A DNA stretch of 64,000 nucleotides, from contig CAKVHZ010000002.1 of assembly GCA_934754445.1 (NCBI GenBank), positions 3,585 through 67,584 on the forward strand. The letters run 5' to 3'. The first letter of the stretch is position 1; each line of letters begins with the position of its first letter. Under the pieces are notes generated by a model, which was not told the DNA's origin, did no database searches, and worked only from the letters and a program-made list of their open reading frames with translations. The stretch comes from an uncultured Clostridia bacterium. Its GTDB lineage: Bacteria > Bacillota > Clostridia > Christensenellales > UBA1242. The translations under genes were made by a program, and so were the position numbers. Of the stretch, positions 52,765-62,550 are shown in pieces.

Positions 52765-55593
52765 TTATTTATTTTCATTTAATATTTTATTCAAATATAT
52801 ACCTGTATAACTTTCTTTATTTTTAGCAATTTTTTCTGGTGTGCCACAGTCAATTACTTCGCCACCATTTTTACCGCCGTCTTTACCTAAATCTATAATA
52901 TAATCGGCAGTTTTTATTATATCTAAATTGTGCTCAATAACTACGCAAGTGTTTCCACCTTCAACAAGTCTTTGTAAAATTTGTGATAATTTTTTAACAT
53001 CATACATGTGTAGTCCTGTTGTTGGTTCATCTAAAATATATAATGTTTTACCAGTAGATTTTTTACATAATTCAGTTGCAAGTTTAACCCTTTGTGCTTC
53101 TCCGCCACTAAGTGTTGTTGCACTTTGACCAAGTTTTATATATCCTAGTCCTACATCATATAATGTTTGAAGTTTATTTTTAATAATAGGATAAGCATCA
53201 AAAAAGTTTAAAGCATCTTCTATTGTCATATCTAAAACGTCACTTATGCTCTTTCCTTTATATTTAACTTCTAGTGTTTCTCTATTATATCTTTTACCTT
53301 TACAAACTTCACAAGGAACATAAACATCGGGTAAAAAATACATTTCTATTTTTTTAATACCATCTCCGCTACATGCTTCACATCTTCCACCTGCAACATT
53401 AAAACTAAATCTTCCTTGAGTATATCCACGCATTTTACTAAGTTCAGTTTGAGCAAATAATTCTCTTATATGCGTAAACAAGCCAGTATATGTTGCTGGA
53501 TTACTTCGTGGTGTTCTACCTATAGGTGTTTGGTCTATATTGATTACTTTATCTATATTTTCTTCAATACCTATAACATTTTTACAACCTATAAAAGAAT
53601 TAAAAGGTTTTTTATTAGTAATATTACTAGCATTTGGAAGCAAAGTATTATTAACTAGTGTTGATTTTCCACTTCCGCTAACCCCAGTAACAACAGTTAA
53701 AACCCCTAGTGGAATTTTAACATTTATGTTTTTTAGATTATTTAAATTTGCACCTTTTATTTCAATATAACCTTTACTTGGTTTTCTTCTAATAGTTGGA
53801 ATCTCAATTTGTTGTTCTTTTCTTAAAAACTGACCTGTTAAACTTTCTTTACTATTCAATATGTCTTGTAAAGTTCCTTGTGCCACAACTTCTCCGCCAT
53901 GCACTCCAGCAAATTTCCCAATATCTACTATATAATCGGCACTTCTTATAGTATCTTCATCATGCTCTACCACTATAATAGTATTACCTAAATCTCTTAA
54001 GTGTTTTAAGGTTTCAATAAGTTTATCGTTATCTTTTTGATGAAGTCCAATTGATGGTTCATCTAAAATATATAAAACTCCTACAAGTCCACTACCTATT
54101 TGAGAAGCAAGTCTTATTCTTTGACTTTCGCCCCCACTTAATGTTCCACTACTTCGAGATAATGTTAAATAGCCTAATCCTACATTTTTTAAAAAACCAA
54201 ATCTCGCCTTAATTTCTTTTACTATATGTTCACTGATTGTTTTTTCGGTTTCCGTTAATTTTAAGTTATCTATAAAATTATCGGCATCATCAATGCTCAT
54301 ATTACAAAAATCCATAATATTTTTACCATCAATTAAAACATTTAATGCTTGACTATTTAATCTTTGTCCTTTGCAGACAGGGCAAGGTGTTTCAACCATA
54401 TATTTTTGAATTTCGCCTTTAATATAATCACTCGTTGTTTCTCTAAATCTTCGCTCTAAATTTGGAATAATTCCTTCATATTTAGATGTATAGGTTGTTT
54501 CCCATTTTTTTGTTTTAATCGTTACATCTATTTCATCGCCTGTTCCATATAATAATAAATTAATTATATTTTCTGGCAAATTTTTAATAGGCTCATCTAA
54601 ACTAAACCCATATTTTTTGCTTAATGCTTTAAATTGGCTAGAAGATATACTACCCATATCCATGTTCCAACCACTAATTGTTAATGCTCCTTCATTAATG
54701 GATAAGTTTGGTTTACATAAAATTAAATCTTTACTTACCTTGCTTTTAAAACCAAGTCCAGAACACTCTTTGCACGCACCAAATGGGTTATTAAAACTAA
54801 AAAGTCTTGGAGATATTTCATCATAACTAAATCCGCAGGTTGGACAAGCAAAATTTGTTGAATATAGCGTTTCATTTTCGCCCTGAGTAATGATTACTTT
54901 GCCTTTTGATAACTTAATCGCATTTTCCACGCTCTCTTCAATACGACCCAAATTATCATCTTTAATTATTATTCTATCAATAATAACATTAATAGTGTGT
55001 TTTATGTTTTTATCTAAACTAATTTCTTCATCTAAAGTGTAAACATTTCCATCTACTTTAACACGAGCATAACCGCTTTTATTTAAACTTTCAAATAGTT
55101 TACTAAATGTGCCTTTTTCTCGGTTTACTAGCGGTGCTTCTATTAAAATCTTTTCGCCAATTCCAATTTCTTTAATTTTGTCTACAATTTGGTCAACTGT
55201 TTGTCTTTTTATAGGTTTATGACAATTTACACAATAAGGTGTGCCAATATGAGCATAAAATAATCTTAAATAATCATAAATTTCGGTTATTGTTCCAACA
55301 GTTGACCGAGGGTTATTGCTTGTGCTTTTTTGGTCTATTGCAATTGCTGGAGATAAACCTTCAATAGAATCTACATCTGGTTTTTGCATTTGCCCTAAAA
55401 ATTGTCGGGCATAAGAAGATAAACTTTCCATAAATTTTCGTTGACCTTCAGCAAAAATCGTGTCAAAAGCGAGTGTGCTTTTACCACTACCACTAACACC
55501 TGTAAAAACAATTAATTTGTTTCTAGGTAAAGTTAAATTAATATTTTTTAAATTGTTTTCTCTAGCTCCATTAATTTTAATAAATTCTTCCAC
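52765..55593 (-). CDS. uvrA: Excinuclease ABC subunit UvrA
   Basis: Two ABC modules (GVSGSGKSTL twice; LSGGESQR and LSGGEAQR) plus zinc fingers. 942 aa. Confidence 0.97.
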   Translation of the reverse strand: MEEFIKINGARENNLKNINLTLPRNKLIVFTGVSGSGKSTLAFDTIFAEGQRKFMESLSSYARQFLGQMQKPDVDSIEGLSPAIAIDQKSTSNNPRSTVGTITEIYDYLRLFYAHIGTPYCVNCHKPIKRQTVDQIVDKIKEIGIGEKILIEAPLVNREKGTFSKLFESLNKSGYARVKVDGNVYTLDEEISLDKNIKHTINVIIDRIIIKDDNLGRIEESVENAIKLSKGKVIITQGENETLYSTNFACPTCGFSYDEISPRLFSFNNPFGACKECSGLGFKSKVSKDLILCKPNLSINEGALTISGWNMDMGSISSSQFKALSKKYGFSLDEPIKNLPENIINLLLYGTGDEIDVTIKTKKWETTYTSKYEGIIPNLERRFRETTSDYIKGEIQKYMVETPCPVCKGQRLNSQALNVLIDGKNIMDFCNMSIDDADNFIDNLKLTETEKTISEHIVKEIKARFGFLKNVGLGYLTLSRSSGTLSGGESQRIRLASQIGSGLVGVLYILDEPSIGLHQKDNDKLIETLKHLRDLGNTIIVVEHDEDTIRSADYIVDIGKFAGVHGGEVVAQGTLQDILNSKESLTGQFLRKEQQIEIPTIRRKPSKGYIEIKGANLNNLKNINVKIPLGVLTVVTGVSGSGKSTLVNNTLLPNASNITNKKPFNSFIGCKNVIGIEENIDKVINIDQTPIGRTPRSNPATYTGLFTHIRELFAQTELSKMRGYTQGRFSFNVAGGRCEACSGDGIKKIEMYFLPDVYVPCEVCKGKRYNRETLEVKYKGKSISDVLDMTIEDALNFFDAYPIIKNKLQTLYDVGLGYIKLGQSATTLSGGEAQRVKLATELCKKSTGKTLYILDEPTTGLHMYDVKKLSQILQRLVEGGNTCVVIEHNLDIIKTADYIIDLGKDGGKNGGEVIDCGTPEKIAKNKESYTGIYLNKILNENK

Positions 55594-57563
55594 TATTTTT
55601 CTCCTATTAGTTTTTTAAGTTCTTTAATTTCTTCTCTATATTTAATAGCCTTTTCAAAATCAAGTTCTTTGCTTGCCGTTCTCATTAAACCTTTAATTAA
55701 TTCTATCTTTTTAGGGATTTCTTTTAAATCAATTTTCTCAACATTTGTGTCTACTTTTTTAGCAATTTCTAGTGTATTTTTTACTTGTTTTATAATTGTT
55801 TTAGGAACAATATGATGCTCTTTATTGTATTCCATTTGAATTTTTCGTCTTCTCTCGGTCTCATCTATTGCTTTTTTCATGCTTTTTGTTATAACATCGG
55901 CATACATAATAACTTTTGCTTCGCTATTTCTCGCTGCCCTACCTATGGTTTGAATAAGTGATGTTTCACTTCTTAAAAAGCCTTCTTTATCAGCATCTAA
56001 AATAGCAACTAGCATTACTTCAGGAATATCTAAGCCTTCACGAAGAAGGTTGATTCCTACAATAACTTCAATTTCGCCTAAACGAAGAGAATTTATTATA
56101 TCTATTCTCTCTAATGTATCAATTTCGCTATGCAAATATTTAACTTTTATGCCATAGTCTAAGAGATATCCAGTAAGTGCTTCACTCATTTTTTTAGTTA
56201 AAGTAGTAACTAAAACTCTGCCACCTTTTTCTTTAACTTTGTTAATTTCCGAAATCAAATCATCAATTTGACCTTCAATTTTTCTAACTTCAACTTCTGG
56301 GTCAAGCAAGCCAGTTGGTCTTATAATTTGCTCAGCGACATTACCCGCTTGTTTCAATTCGTATTCCCCCGGAGTTGCTGAAACATAAATTACTTGCCCA
56401 AGTTTATCGTTAAATTCGTCAAAAGTAAGTGGTCTGTTATCATAACTAGATTTCAATCTAAAGCCATATTCAACTAGATTAACTTTTCTACTTCTATCTC
56501 CGTTATACATCGCCCTAATTTGCGGAATTGTTATATGACTTTCATCTATAAAAAGCACAAAATTTTTGTTAAAATAATCAAGTAAAGTGTATGGCGGTTC
56601 ACCAACATTTCTGCCATCAAAATATCGTGAATAGTTTTCTATTCCGTTGCAATAACCCATTTCACGCATCATTTCAATATCATAACTCGTTCGTTGTTTA
56701 AGTCTTTCAGCCTCAAGTAGTTTCCCTTTTTTCATCATGTCTTCCACTTCTATTTCGGCATCATGTTCAATAGTTTTTAATACATTTAATAATTTTTCAC
56801 TACCAACAGCATAGTGACTTGCGGGATAAATTGCAACATGGTTTAATCTTGAAATAACCTTGCCAGTTACATAGTCTATTTCGCTTATTTGCTCAATTTC
56901 ATCGCCAAAAAACTCAATTCTATAAGCGGTATCGCTAGAAAATGCTGGAATAACTTCAACAATATCGCCACGAACTCTAAAGGTTGCACGAGTAAAATCT
57001 ATATCATTTCGCTCATATTGAATATTAACAAGCCGTTTTACAAGTTCATCTCTATCCATTTTGTCCCCTGGTCGCATAGAAATTTGCAAACCTGAATATT
57101 CTTCTGGACTACCTAAACCATATATGCACGAAACCGAAGCAACAACTATTGTGTCATTACGCTCTAAAAGTGAACAAGTTGCACTATGGCGTAATTTATC
57201 TATATCATCGTTTATACTCATATCTTTTTCAATATAAGTATCGCTAGAAACTATATATGCTTCTGGTTGATAATAATCGTAATAAGAAACAAAAAATTCA
57301 ACCCTATTATTAGGAAAAAACTCACGAAATTCGTTGCAAAGTTGTGCCGCTAGTGTTTTATTATGAGCAAGCACTAAAACAGGACGGTTTAATTTTTCAA
57401 TTACTTTAGCCATAGTATATGTTTTGCCACTACCGGTAACCCCTAATAATACTTGACTTTTTAAACCATCTTCAATGCCTTCCACTAAACTTTCTATTGC
57501 TTTTGGTTGGTCGCCACTTGGTGAATATTTACTAACAACTTCAAACTTATGTGAATAATCCAT
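55593..57563 (-). CDS. uvrB: Excinuclease ABC subunit UvrB
   Basis: [16 protein letters not shown], a helicase C domain, and a UVR domain ([16 protein letters not shown]). Confidence 0.97.
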   Translation of the reverse strand: MDYSHKFEVVSKYSPSGDQPKAIESLVEGIEDGLKSQVLLGVTGSGKTYTMAKVIEKLNRPVLVLAHNKTLAAQLCNEFREFFPNNRVEFFVSYYDYYQPEAYIVSSDTYIEKDMSINDDIDKLRHSATCSLLERNDTIVVASVSCIYGLGSPEEYSGLQISMRPGDKMDRDELVKRLVNIQYERNDIDFTRATFRVRGDIVEVIPAFSSDTAYRIEFFGDEIEQISEIDYVTGKVISRLNHVAIYPASHYAVGSEKLLNVLKTIEHDAEIEVEDMMKKGKLLEAERLKQRTSYDIEMMREMGYCNGIENYSRYFDGRNVGEPPYTLLDYFNKNFVLFIDESHITIPQIRAMYNGDRSRKVNLVEYGFRLKSSYDNRPLTFDEFNDKLGQVIYVSATPGEYELKQAGNVAEQIIRPTGLLDPEVEVRKIEGQIDDLISEINKVKEKGGRVLVTTLTKKMSEALTGYLLDYGIKVKYLHSEIDTLERIDIINSLRLGEIEVIVGINLLREGLDIPEVMLVAILDADKEGFLRSETSLIQTIGRAARNSEAKVIMYADVITKSMKKAIDETERRRKIQMEYNKEHHIVPKTIIKQVKNTLEIAKKVDTNVEKIDLKEIPKKIELIKGLMRTASKELDFEKAIKYREEIKELKKLIGEK

Positions 57564-57611
57564 ATATTAATTATACCACATATAAAAAAAATTAGGAATT
57601 AATCTTTTAAA

Positions 57612-57639
57612 TTAAATAAAAAAGTGCTAAAAGCACTTA
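57612..57639 (-). terminator. Intrinsic terminator
   Basis: AAGTGC-taaaa-GCACTT hairpin overlapping the stop codon, followed by a U-run. Confidence 0.65.
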
Positions 57640-57999
57640 AATATGAAATATTAACTTTATAAGCCATGTAACGCAAACACCAAGTAATGCTAGTGCTATA
57701 GACCTTATTATTAAATATCTATTTTCTTTTTTAGTATTCTCCATTTCTCGCAAAAATGCTTGACCTTTGCTTTTTAAACTAACTGAATAAACTGGATAAC
57801 CTTTATTTTCAGTAGCAACTAAGTCTATATATCCATCATAAATTAGGTTGTTTATTGCCCTATCTAATTGTGTATCGTTAATTTCCAAATCGGGTATTAA
57901 ACTAATTTTTATATCTTCGGGCTTTATTAAGCAACTTTCTTTATTAAAACATCTATTATAAAAATACTTCATTATTTGTTTTTCTACTTTGTTTAACAT
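57637..57999 (-). CDS. Membrane-tethered winged-helix-like protein (YjcQ/DUF2513-like N-domain + C-terminal TM)
   Basis: 120 aa. KQIMKYFYNRC...LDRAINNLIYDGYIDLV...VSLKSKGQAFLREMEN, then TM segment YLIIRSIALALLGVCVTWLIKLIF. AGGAG SD. Confidence 0.5.
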   Translation of the reverse strand: MLNKVEKQIMKYFYNRCFNKESCLIKPEDIKISLIPDLEINDTQLDRAINNLIYDGYIDLVATENKGYPVYSVSLKSKGQAFLREMENTKKENRYLIIRSIALALLGVCVTWLIKLIFHI

Positions 58000-58008
58000 T
58001 TTCTTCTC

Positions 58009-58377
58009 CTAAAAAATAAAATGCACGAGTAATGCTCCACATAAACCACCTAAAAAGGCAGAAAGGAATGTAAAGATAATTCTTAAAATAAACTTTTTGT
58101 TGTTTCGTTTATTAATGTTTTTTGACTGATTTAAACTTTCTATATAAATATTTGCGTTAGTTAGAATTGCATAACAAATTTCATCATCTTCGGCATATCT
58201 AAGTTTAATATAATCTTTATCTCTTAAATAATTTAGTGATGAAATCAATTTGTTTCGACTAAAATCTTTAGTCTTTATATTCGTTTCAATTTCATTTAAA
58301 CTAATTAATTCAAATTCTCCTTTATTATTTAAAGAATATAAATATTTTAATAAAAGTTCAGTAAAATTATCTAACAT
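58009..58377 (-). CDS. Membrane-tethered winged-helix-like protein, paralog of 57637..57999
   Basis: 122 aa with the same architecture: LLKYLYSLNN...LISSLNYLRDKDYIKL...IYIESLNQ, then TM segment FILRIIFTFLSAFLGGLCGALLVHFIF. Confidence 0.5.
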   Translation of the reverse strand: MLDNFTELLLKYLYSLNNKGEFELISLNEIETNIKTKDFSRNKLISSLNYLRDKDYIKLRYAEDDEICYAILTNANIYIESLNQSKNINKRNNKKFILRIIFTFLSAFLGGLCGALLVHFIF

Positions 58378-58429
58378 AACTATATTTTAACAAATAAAGT
58401 AAAATTAATCAAGCAATTTAAAAACCCAT

Positions 58430-58460
58430 AAAAAAATCTCACAAAAATGTGAGATTTTTA
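58430..58460 (-). terminator. Terminator of the giant surface protein gene
   Basis: ATCTCACA-aaaa-TGTGAGAT hairpin with a U-run on the minus strand. Confidence 0.75.
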
Positions 58461-58468
58461 TTTATTAA

Positions 58469-61400
58469 TTAGTCTTTTTTGTCATCTTTTTTATCGTCTT
58501 TTGTTAATTTTGCAACATCTTTTTTGCTTGGTTTTTTATCTCTTGTTTTAACAAAGTAGATTACAACACCTGCTAAGATTGCTAAACTTAAAACGATTAA
58601 TACGATACTCCAAGTTTCTGTAGTTATAACAGATTTATTTTCGTTAGCATAAACTTCAACTGTCTTTTTAACAATTTTTTCGTTACCTGCTTTATCACGA
58701 GCAGTATAAGTTATTGTATATTTACCAGTTTGAGTTAATTTGTATTCGTATTCATTGCCACTGTCATCAACTCTAGAGATAGTAGAACCATCTGGACCAG
58801 TTACAGTTATTGTGAACATTTTGTAACCATTATTAGTGTATTCACTAACTAGTTCGCTAGCAAGTTTTGTTTCGCCATTATCACTAACTTTAATATCAGT
58901 TAAAGATAATTTTAAGTTAGAACTATTAACTTTCATATCTTTTGGAGCATTAGCACTTTCATTTTCAATTTTGATTGAAGGAGCTGTGTTATCACCAATT
59001 TTAAGTGTATAAGTTTGTTCAGTAGTGTTATTAGCATTATCTGTTGCACTATAAACAACAGTATAAATACCATCTACCGTTGGAGTAAATTTCCATTTAC
59101 CTTCAGTTTCATCTAAAGTAACAGTTAATTCTTTTTCACTAGGAGATTTAACGATAACTTTCTTTTCTTTAATATCATTTAATACATCTTCTGCAGTGAA
59201 ATCAGGAAGATAAATAGGTTTAATTTTGTCATCTGCATCTTTTTCTAGTGGGAATGTTCTTTGACTATTTAAATCGTAATCTAAAGTGATTACTGGTTTT
59301 TGAGTATCTTTTGCTTCAATTGTGTAAGGACCACTTATTGTTTTGTTACCATTATTATCTTCAGCATAATATTCGTAAGTGAATATACCTGTTTCATAAG
59401 CAATAAATTCGTTTGTTCCTTCGATATAACTGAAGCTTGGGTTATTATCGCCAATAAATCTTATACCTTGAGAAACAATTGTGCTTTCATCACTAACTTT
59501 GAATGTTGGAAGTTTTACTGTTTCACCAACTTCTACTGTTGACATTTTACCTTCAATATCAATAACTGGGGCTTTAGTATCGTTAATACTTACCATATAA
59601 CTTTTTACTAAATAGTTACCACCTAAGTCAGTTACTGTATAAATAATTGTATATTCGCCTGATTTTGTTGCTACAAAACGAGCATTTGAAATTGTTAATT
59701 TGCTAGAGTTAAAGTTATATTGAGCACCAATAACACTTACTTCTTTATTATCTTTATCTAATACTTTAATTTTTGAAGATAAATATTTTGTATTATCGCC
59801 ATCTTTAAATGAATATTCTGGCAAATAAATAATATTATCTTGGTCTAATTTATTAGTTAAACCATCTTTATAAGGAGTTTCACCGATTAAACTTTTTACA
59901 TATGTTTCATCATTAGTCTCAACTGTTGGTATAACACTATCGTTTACATTAATAATATTAATTTTTTGGAATGCAACACCAACATTACTATTGTCATCAT
60001 AAGCAACGCAAACAACATTTACACTTGCTGAATCTGGAGCATCAAATTTTAATTCTCCGTCTTTATTTTCAACAATTTCAGTAAATCCAGCTGGAACACC
60101 AGTTTTGAATGCATTTACTAAATCTTCTTTAGTATAATCTGTTGTATAGTAATAATAATGAGTTTCTACATTTTTATCTACTATTTCAGTTTCTGTAGCA
60201 GAATCAGTTGCGTAGTCTACTACTTCGGCTTTATTTAAATTGATTGTTTCGCCTGCTCTTACGCTTGCTGGAACACCACTTAATGTTACTTTAGGTTCAA
60301 CATTATCTACAAATCCATCTTCTACAACAATTGTAAAAGTTGTTCCTGTATAATTACGTTTATTTGCCTTATCAGTTGCTTCATAACGAATTGTATAAGT
60401 TCCTGCTTCTGTAAATTTATATGATGCAGTTTCATAAGCTTCTACATCTACAGTTTTCATTTCGCCATCAACTTCTTTATAGCAAGTTGTTAAAGTTTTA
60501 TTTGAACCTTTTTCAGGAACTACTACCCTAGCAAGAGTGGTATACATATCTTCGTAACTAGAATAATTATCAGTTGCATAAATTGCTGGGAAATAAACTT
60601 CTGTGTTTGTTGCAACTTTAGATGGAATTTTGTAACTTACATCTTTATATTCATAATTATCTTTTAAACTTTCAAATTTGTTTTCAGCATTTAAGTTAAT
60701 ATAATCTTTATAATCTGCAACCGCATAAGTTGTAGGAGCAGTAGAATCTTTAACATCATTTACTGAATAAATTAAAGTTTTGTTTACTTTATTTTGACTT
60801 ACATTATAGAAATCGGCAATTTTATAAGTGATTTTATATGTTCCTTCACTAGATGGATACATTGGAGTGATTTTGTTATCTTTAATAGCAATTTTAACAT
60901 AATCAGTGCCATCTTCTAATAAAGTTTCATATTTAGATTTACTTGCAGAATTTGGAGTAAATACTACTTCAATATCAGCATAAGCAGATAAAGTTAAATC
61001 TGCGTCATTTTCATCATAAATACTTACTGTAGGTAGTGTTGTTTCTTTACCTAATTCCATACTTTCTGGAATAGAACCATTGAATTTGTAACCAAGTTTG
61101 ATATCTTCGTCTTTAAATTCTTTTTCATATTTAATTTCAAAAACTTCAGTCGTTTCTAAGTTAGAAATAGCATCTACATAAGTGTAAGTTACAACATAAT
61201 AGCAATCTGCTTCGCTACTTGGTGTAAAGTGATAATAACCTTCTGCATTTTTTTCAATAGTAACTGAAGAGTTAGTGTAAGTTTCTAAAACATTAATTGT
61301 TAGATTTGGTTTAACATCTTCAACTTCGTTACCTTCACTATCTTTAACTGTAGGATAAGGTAAAACAATATCATATTTACCGTTTGTTACACTTGGTATG

Positions 61401-61891
61401 ATTTGTTTTGAATTTTCAGCAAAAGTTAAAGTTGCTTTTTCTCCACTAACAACAATTTTGTATTCTTGAGTAGTTAAATTTCTTTTAGCAACGCTTGCTA
61501 TAGTGTATTGAACTTTATATGTTCCTACATTTTTTGCGGTAAATACATATTTACCACCATCTAGTCTAACATCACTGTATGCTGAAGCATTAGTGCTATC
61601 AAAAATAACTGTTCCTTTAGGATTTAAAATTTTACAATTAACAGTAGCACCAGCTTCATCTGTTTCACCAACTGGAACTTTTACGCCATCTGTTTCATTT
61701 AATTTTGCTTTGCTTGGCATTTTTGAAAGTTTTAAGCCAGAAGCAATATTATTTTCATATCCAGCAGCCATAACATTTGCTACTTTCATTAAAGGAGGAC
61801 AAATAACTCCTAATAAAGCAACAACTGCAATTGCTAAAACTGCTAAACTTTTAATAGTTAAATTTGTAATTTTTTTAATGCAATTTTTCAT
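58469..61891 (-). CDS. Giant type-I anchored surface protein with about 10 Ig-like (DUF5011/HYR-like) modules
   Basis: 1140 aa. Signal peptide. Recurring G[TEI]Y.[IV].Y.[AV].D..GN motif (AGTYTIRYEATDKANK, SGEYTIIYTVTDLGGN, DGIYTVVYSATDNANN, TGKYTITYTARDKAGN...). C-terminal TM segment IVLIVLSLAILAGVVIYFV plus a K/D-rich tail. No LPXTG. Confidence 0.8.
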   Translation of the reverse strand: MKNCIKKITNLTIKSLAVLAIAVVALLGVICPPLMKVANVMAAGYENNIASGLKLSKMPSKAKLNETDGVKVPVGETDEAGATVNCKILNPKGTVIFDSTNASAYSDVRLDGGKYVFTAKNVGTYKVQYTIASVAKRNLTTQEYKIVVSGEKATLTFAENSKQIIPSVTNGKYDIVLPYPTVKDSEGNEVEDVKPNLTINVLETYTNSSVTIEKNAEGYYHFTPSSEADCYYVVTYTYVDAISNLETTEVFEIKYEKEFKDEDIKLGYKFNGSIPESMELGKETTLPTVSIYDENDADLTLSAYADIEVVFTPNSASKSKYETLLEDGTDYVKIAIKDNKITPMYPSSEGTYKITYKIADFYNVSQNKVNKTLIYSVNDVKDSTAPTTYAVADYKDYINLNAENKFESLKDNYEYKDVSYKIPSKVATNTEVYFPAIYATDNYSSYEDMYTTLARVVVPEKGSNKTLTTCYKEVDGEMKTVDVEAYETASYKFTEAGTYTIRYEATDKANKRNYTGTTFTIVVEDGFVDNVEPKVTLSGVPASVRAGETINLNKAEVVDYATDSATETEIVDKNVETHYYYYTTDYTKEDLVNAFKTGVPAGFTEIVENKDGELKFDAPDSASVNVVCVAYDDNSNVGVAFQKINIINVNDSVIPTVETNDETYVKSLIGETPYKDGLTNKLDQDNIIYLPEYSFKDGDNTKYLSSKIKVLDKDNKEVSVIGAQYNFNSSKLTISNARFVATKSGEYTIIYTVTDLGGNYLVKSYMVSINDTKAPVIDIEGKMSTVEVGETVKLPTFKVSDESTIVSQGIRFIGDNNPSFSYIEGTNEFIAYETGIFTYEYYAEDNNGNKTISGPYTIEAKDTQKPVITLDYDLNSQRTFPLEKDADDKIKPIYLPDFTAEDVLNDIKEKKVIVKSPSEKELTVTLDETEGKWKFTPTVDGIYTVVYSATDNANNTTEQTYTLKIGDNTAPSIKIENESANAPKDMKVNSSNLKLSLTDIKVSDNGETKLASELVSEYTNNGYKMFTITVTGPDGSTISRVDDSGNEYEYKLTQTGKYTITYTARDKAGNEKIVKKTVEVYANENKSVITTETWSIVLIVLSLAILAGVVIYFVKTRDKKPSKKDVAKLTKDDKKDDKKD

Positions 61892-61933
61892 AATTTCTCC
61901 TTGAAATATCTATTAATTAAGTAAAACAAATAC

Positions 61934-61962
61934 ATTTTAAATAAAATAAAGAATTTTGTCAA
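61934..61962 (-). promoter_or_regulatory. Candidate sigma-A promoter of the giant surface protein gene
   Basis: TTGACA (61962-61957), 17 nt, TAAAAT (61939-61934). AAGGAGA SD before ATG 61891. Confidence 0.5.
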
Positions 61963-62106
61963 CAAATTAACGCATTTATTTAAAATATTTTATTTATTTA
62001 ATTTACTTTAGTTTTTATAGAAAATGGAAAATTATTCCAAAATTGTTAAAATTTTCTAATTTTTTTAACATTATTTTATAAAATTTGAATATATAATAAA
62101 AACTAC

Positions 62107-62137
62107 ATAAAAAAAAGTCCGCCAAATTAGGACTTTA
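62107..62137 (-). terminator. Terminator of the Cys-rich peptide gene
   Basis: AAAGTCC-N9-GGACTTT hairpin followed by U8 on the minus strand. Confidence 0.7.
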
Positions 62138-62161
62138 GCGAACTTTTAATTTTTTGGGTTG

Positions 62162-62356
62162 TTATTTGCAACCATTATTGTTATCGCACATAGATAAAAT
62201 TAATAGTAAGAAAATTAAAGTGCAGATGTCTACGCAACCATTTAAGTTAATACCACAACCACAGTTGCCTAGTAATAACAATAAAATTAGCCACATACCG
62301 TTGTCGCCACAGCCACAATCTCTTTGACCACAACCACCAAATCCGTTGAATAACAT
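62162..62356 (-). CDS. Small Cys/Gly-rich double-hydrophobic-segment protein (YjcZ-like, tentative)
   Basis: AGGAGGG SD 8 nt upstream of the ATG. MLFNGFGGCGQRDCGCGDNGMWLILLLLLGNCGCGINLNGCVDICTLIFLLLILSMCDNNNGCK. Own terminator. Confidence 0.7.
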   Translation of the reverse strand: MLFNGFGGCGQRDCGCGDNGMWLILLLLLGNCGCGINLNGCVDICTLIFLLLILSMCDNNNGCK

Positions 62357-62550
62357 ATATGTATCCCTCCTTTTTTAAAATTTTAAAAAATATGTAGTTT
62401 TTTCTTTTGTACTTCTCTTTTTCTCTTCTGTATATATTTCATAGTATTTAAAACTTAAAAAAAGTGTGAATAAAAAACAAAAAATAAGCGGAAATTTTTT
62501 CACGCCTATTTTTATTTGTTTAGTAATATATAATATTATTAAATATATAA

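Noticed and set aside
62357-62550. Sigma-K/E/G-type promoter upstream of the Cys-rich peptide gene, and a hairpin terminator for hflX.
   Set aside because: The CATATTTTT element has AC only 14 nt upstream, which is the wrong spacing. The GCGG...CGC hairpin has only about 3 bp. Neither is convincing by eye.
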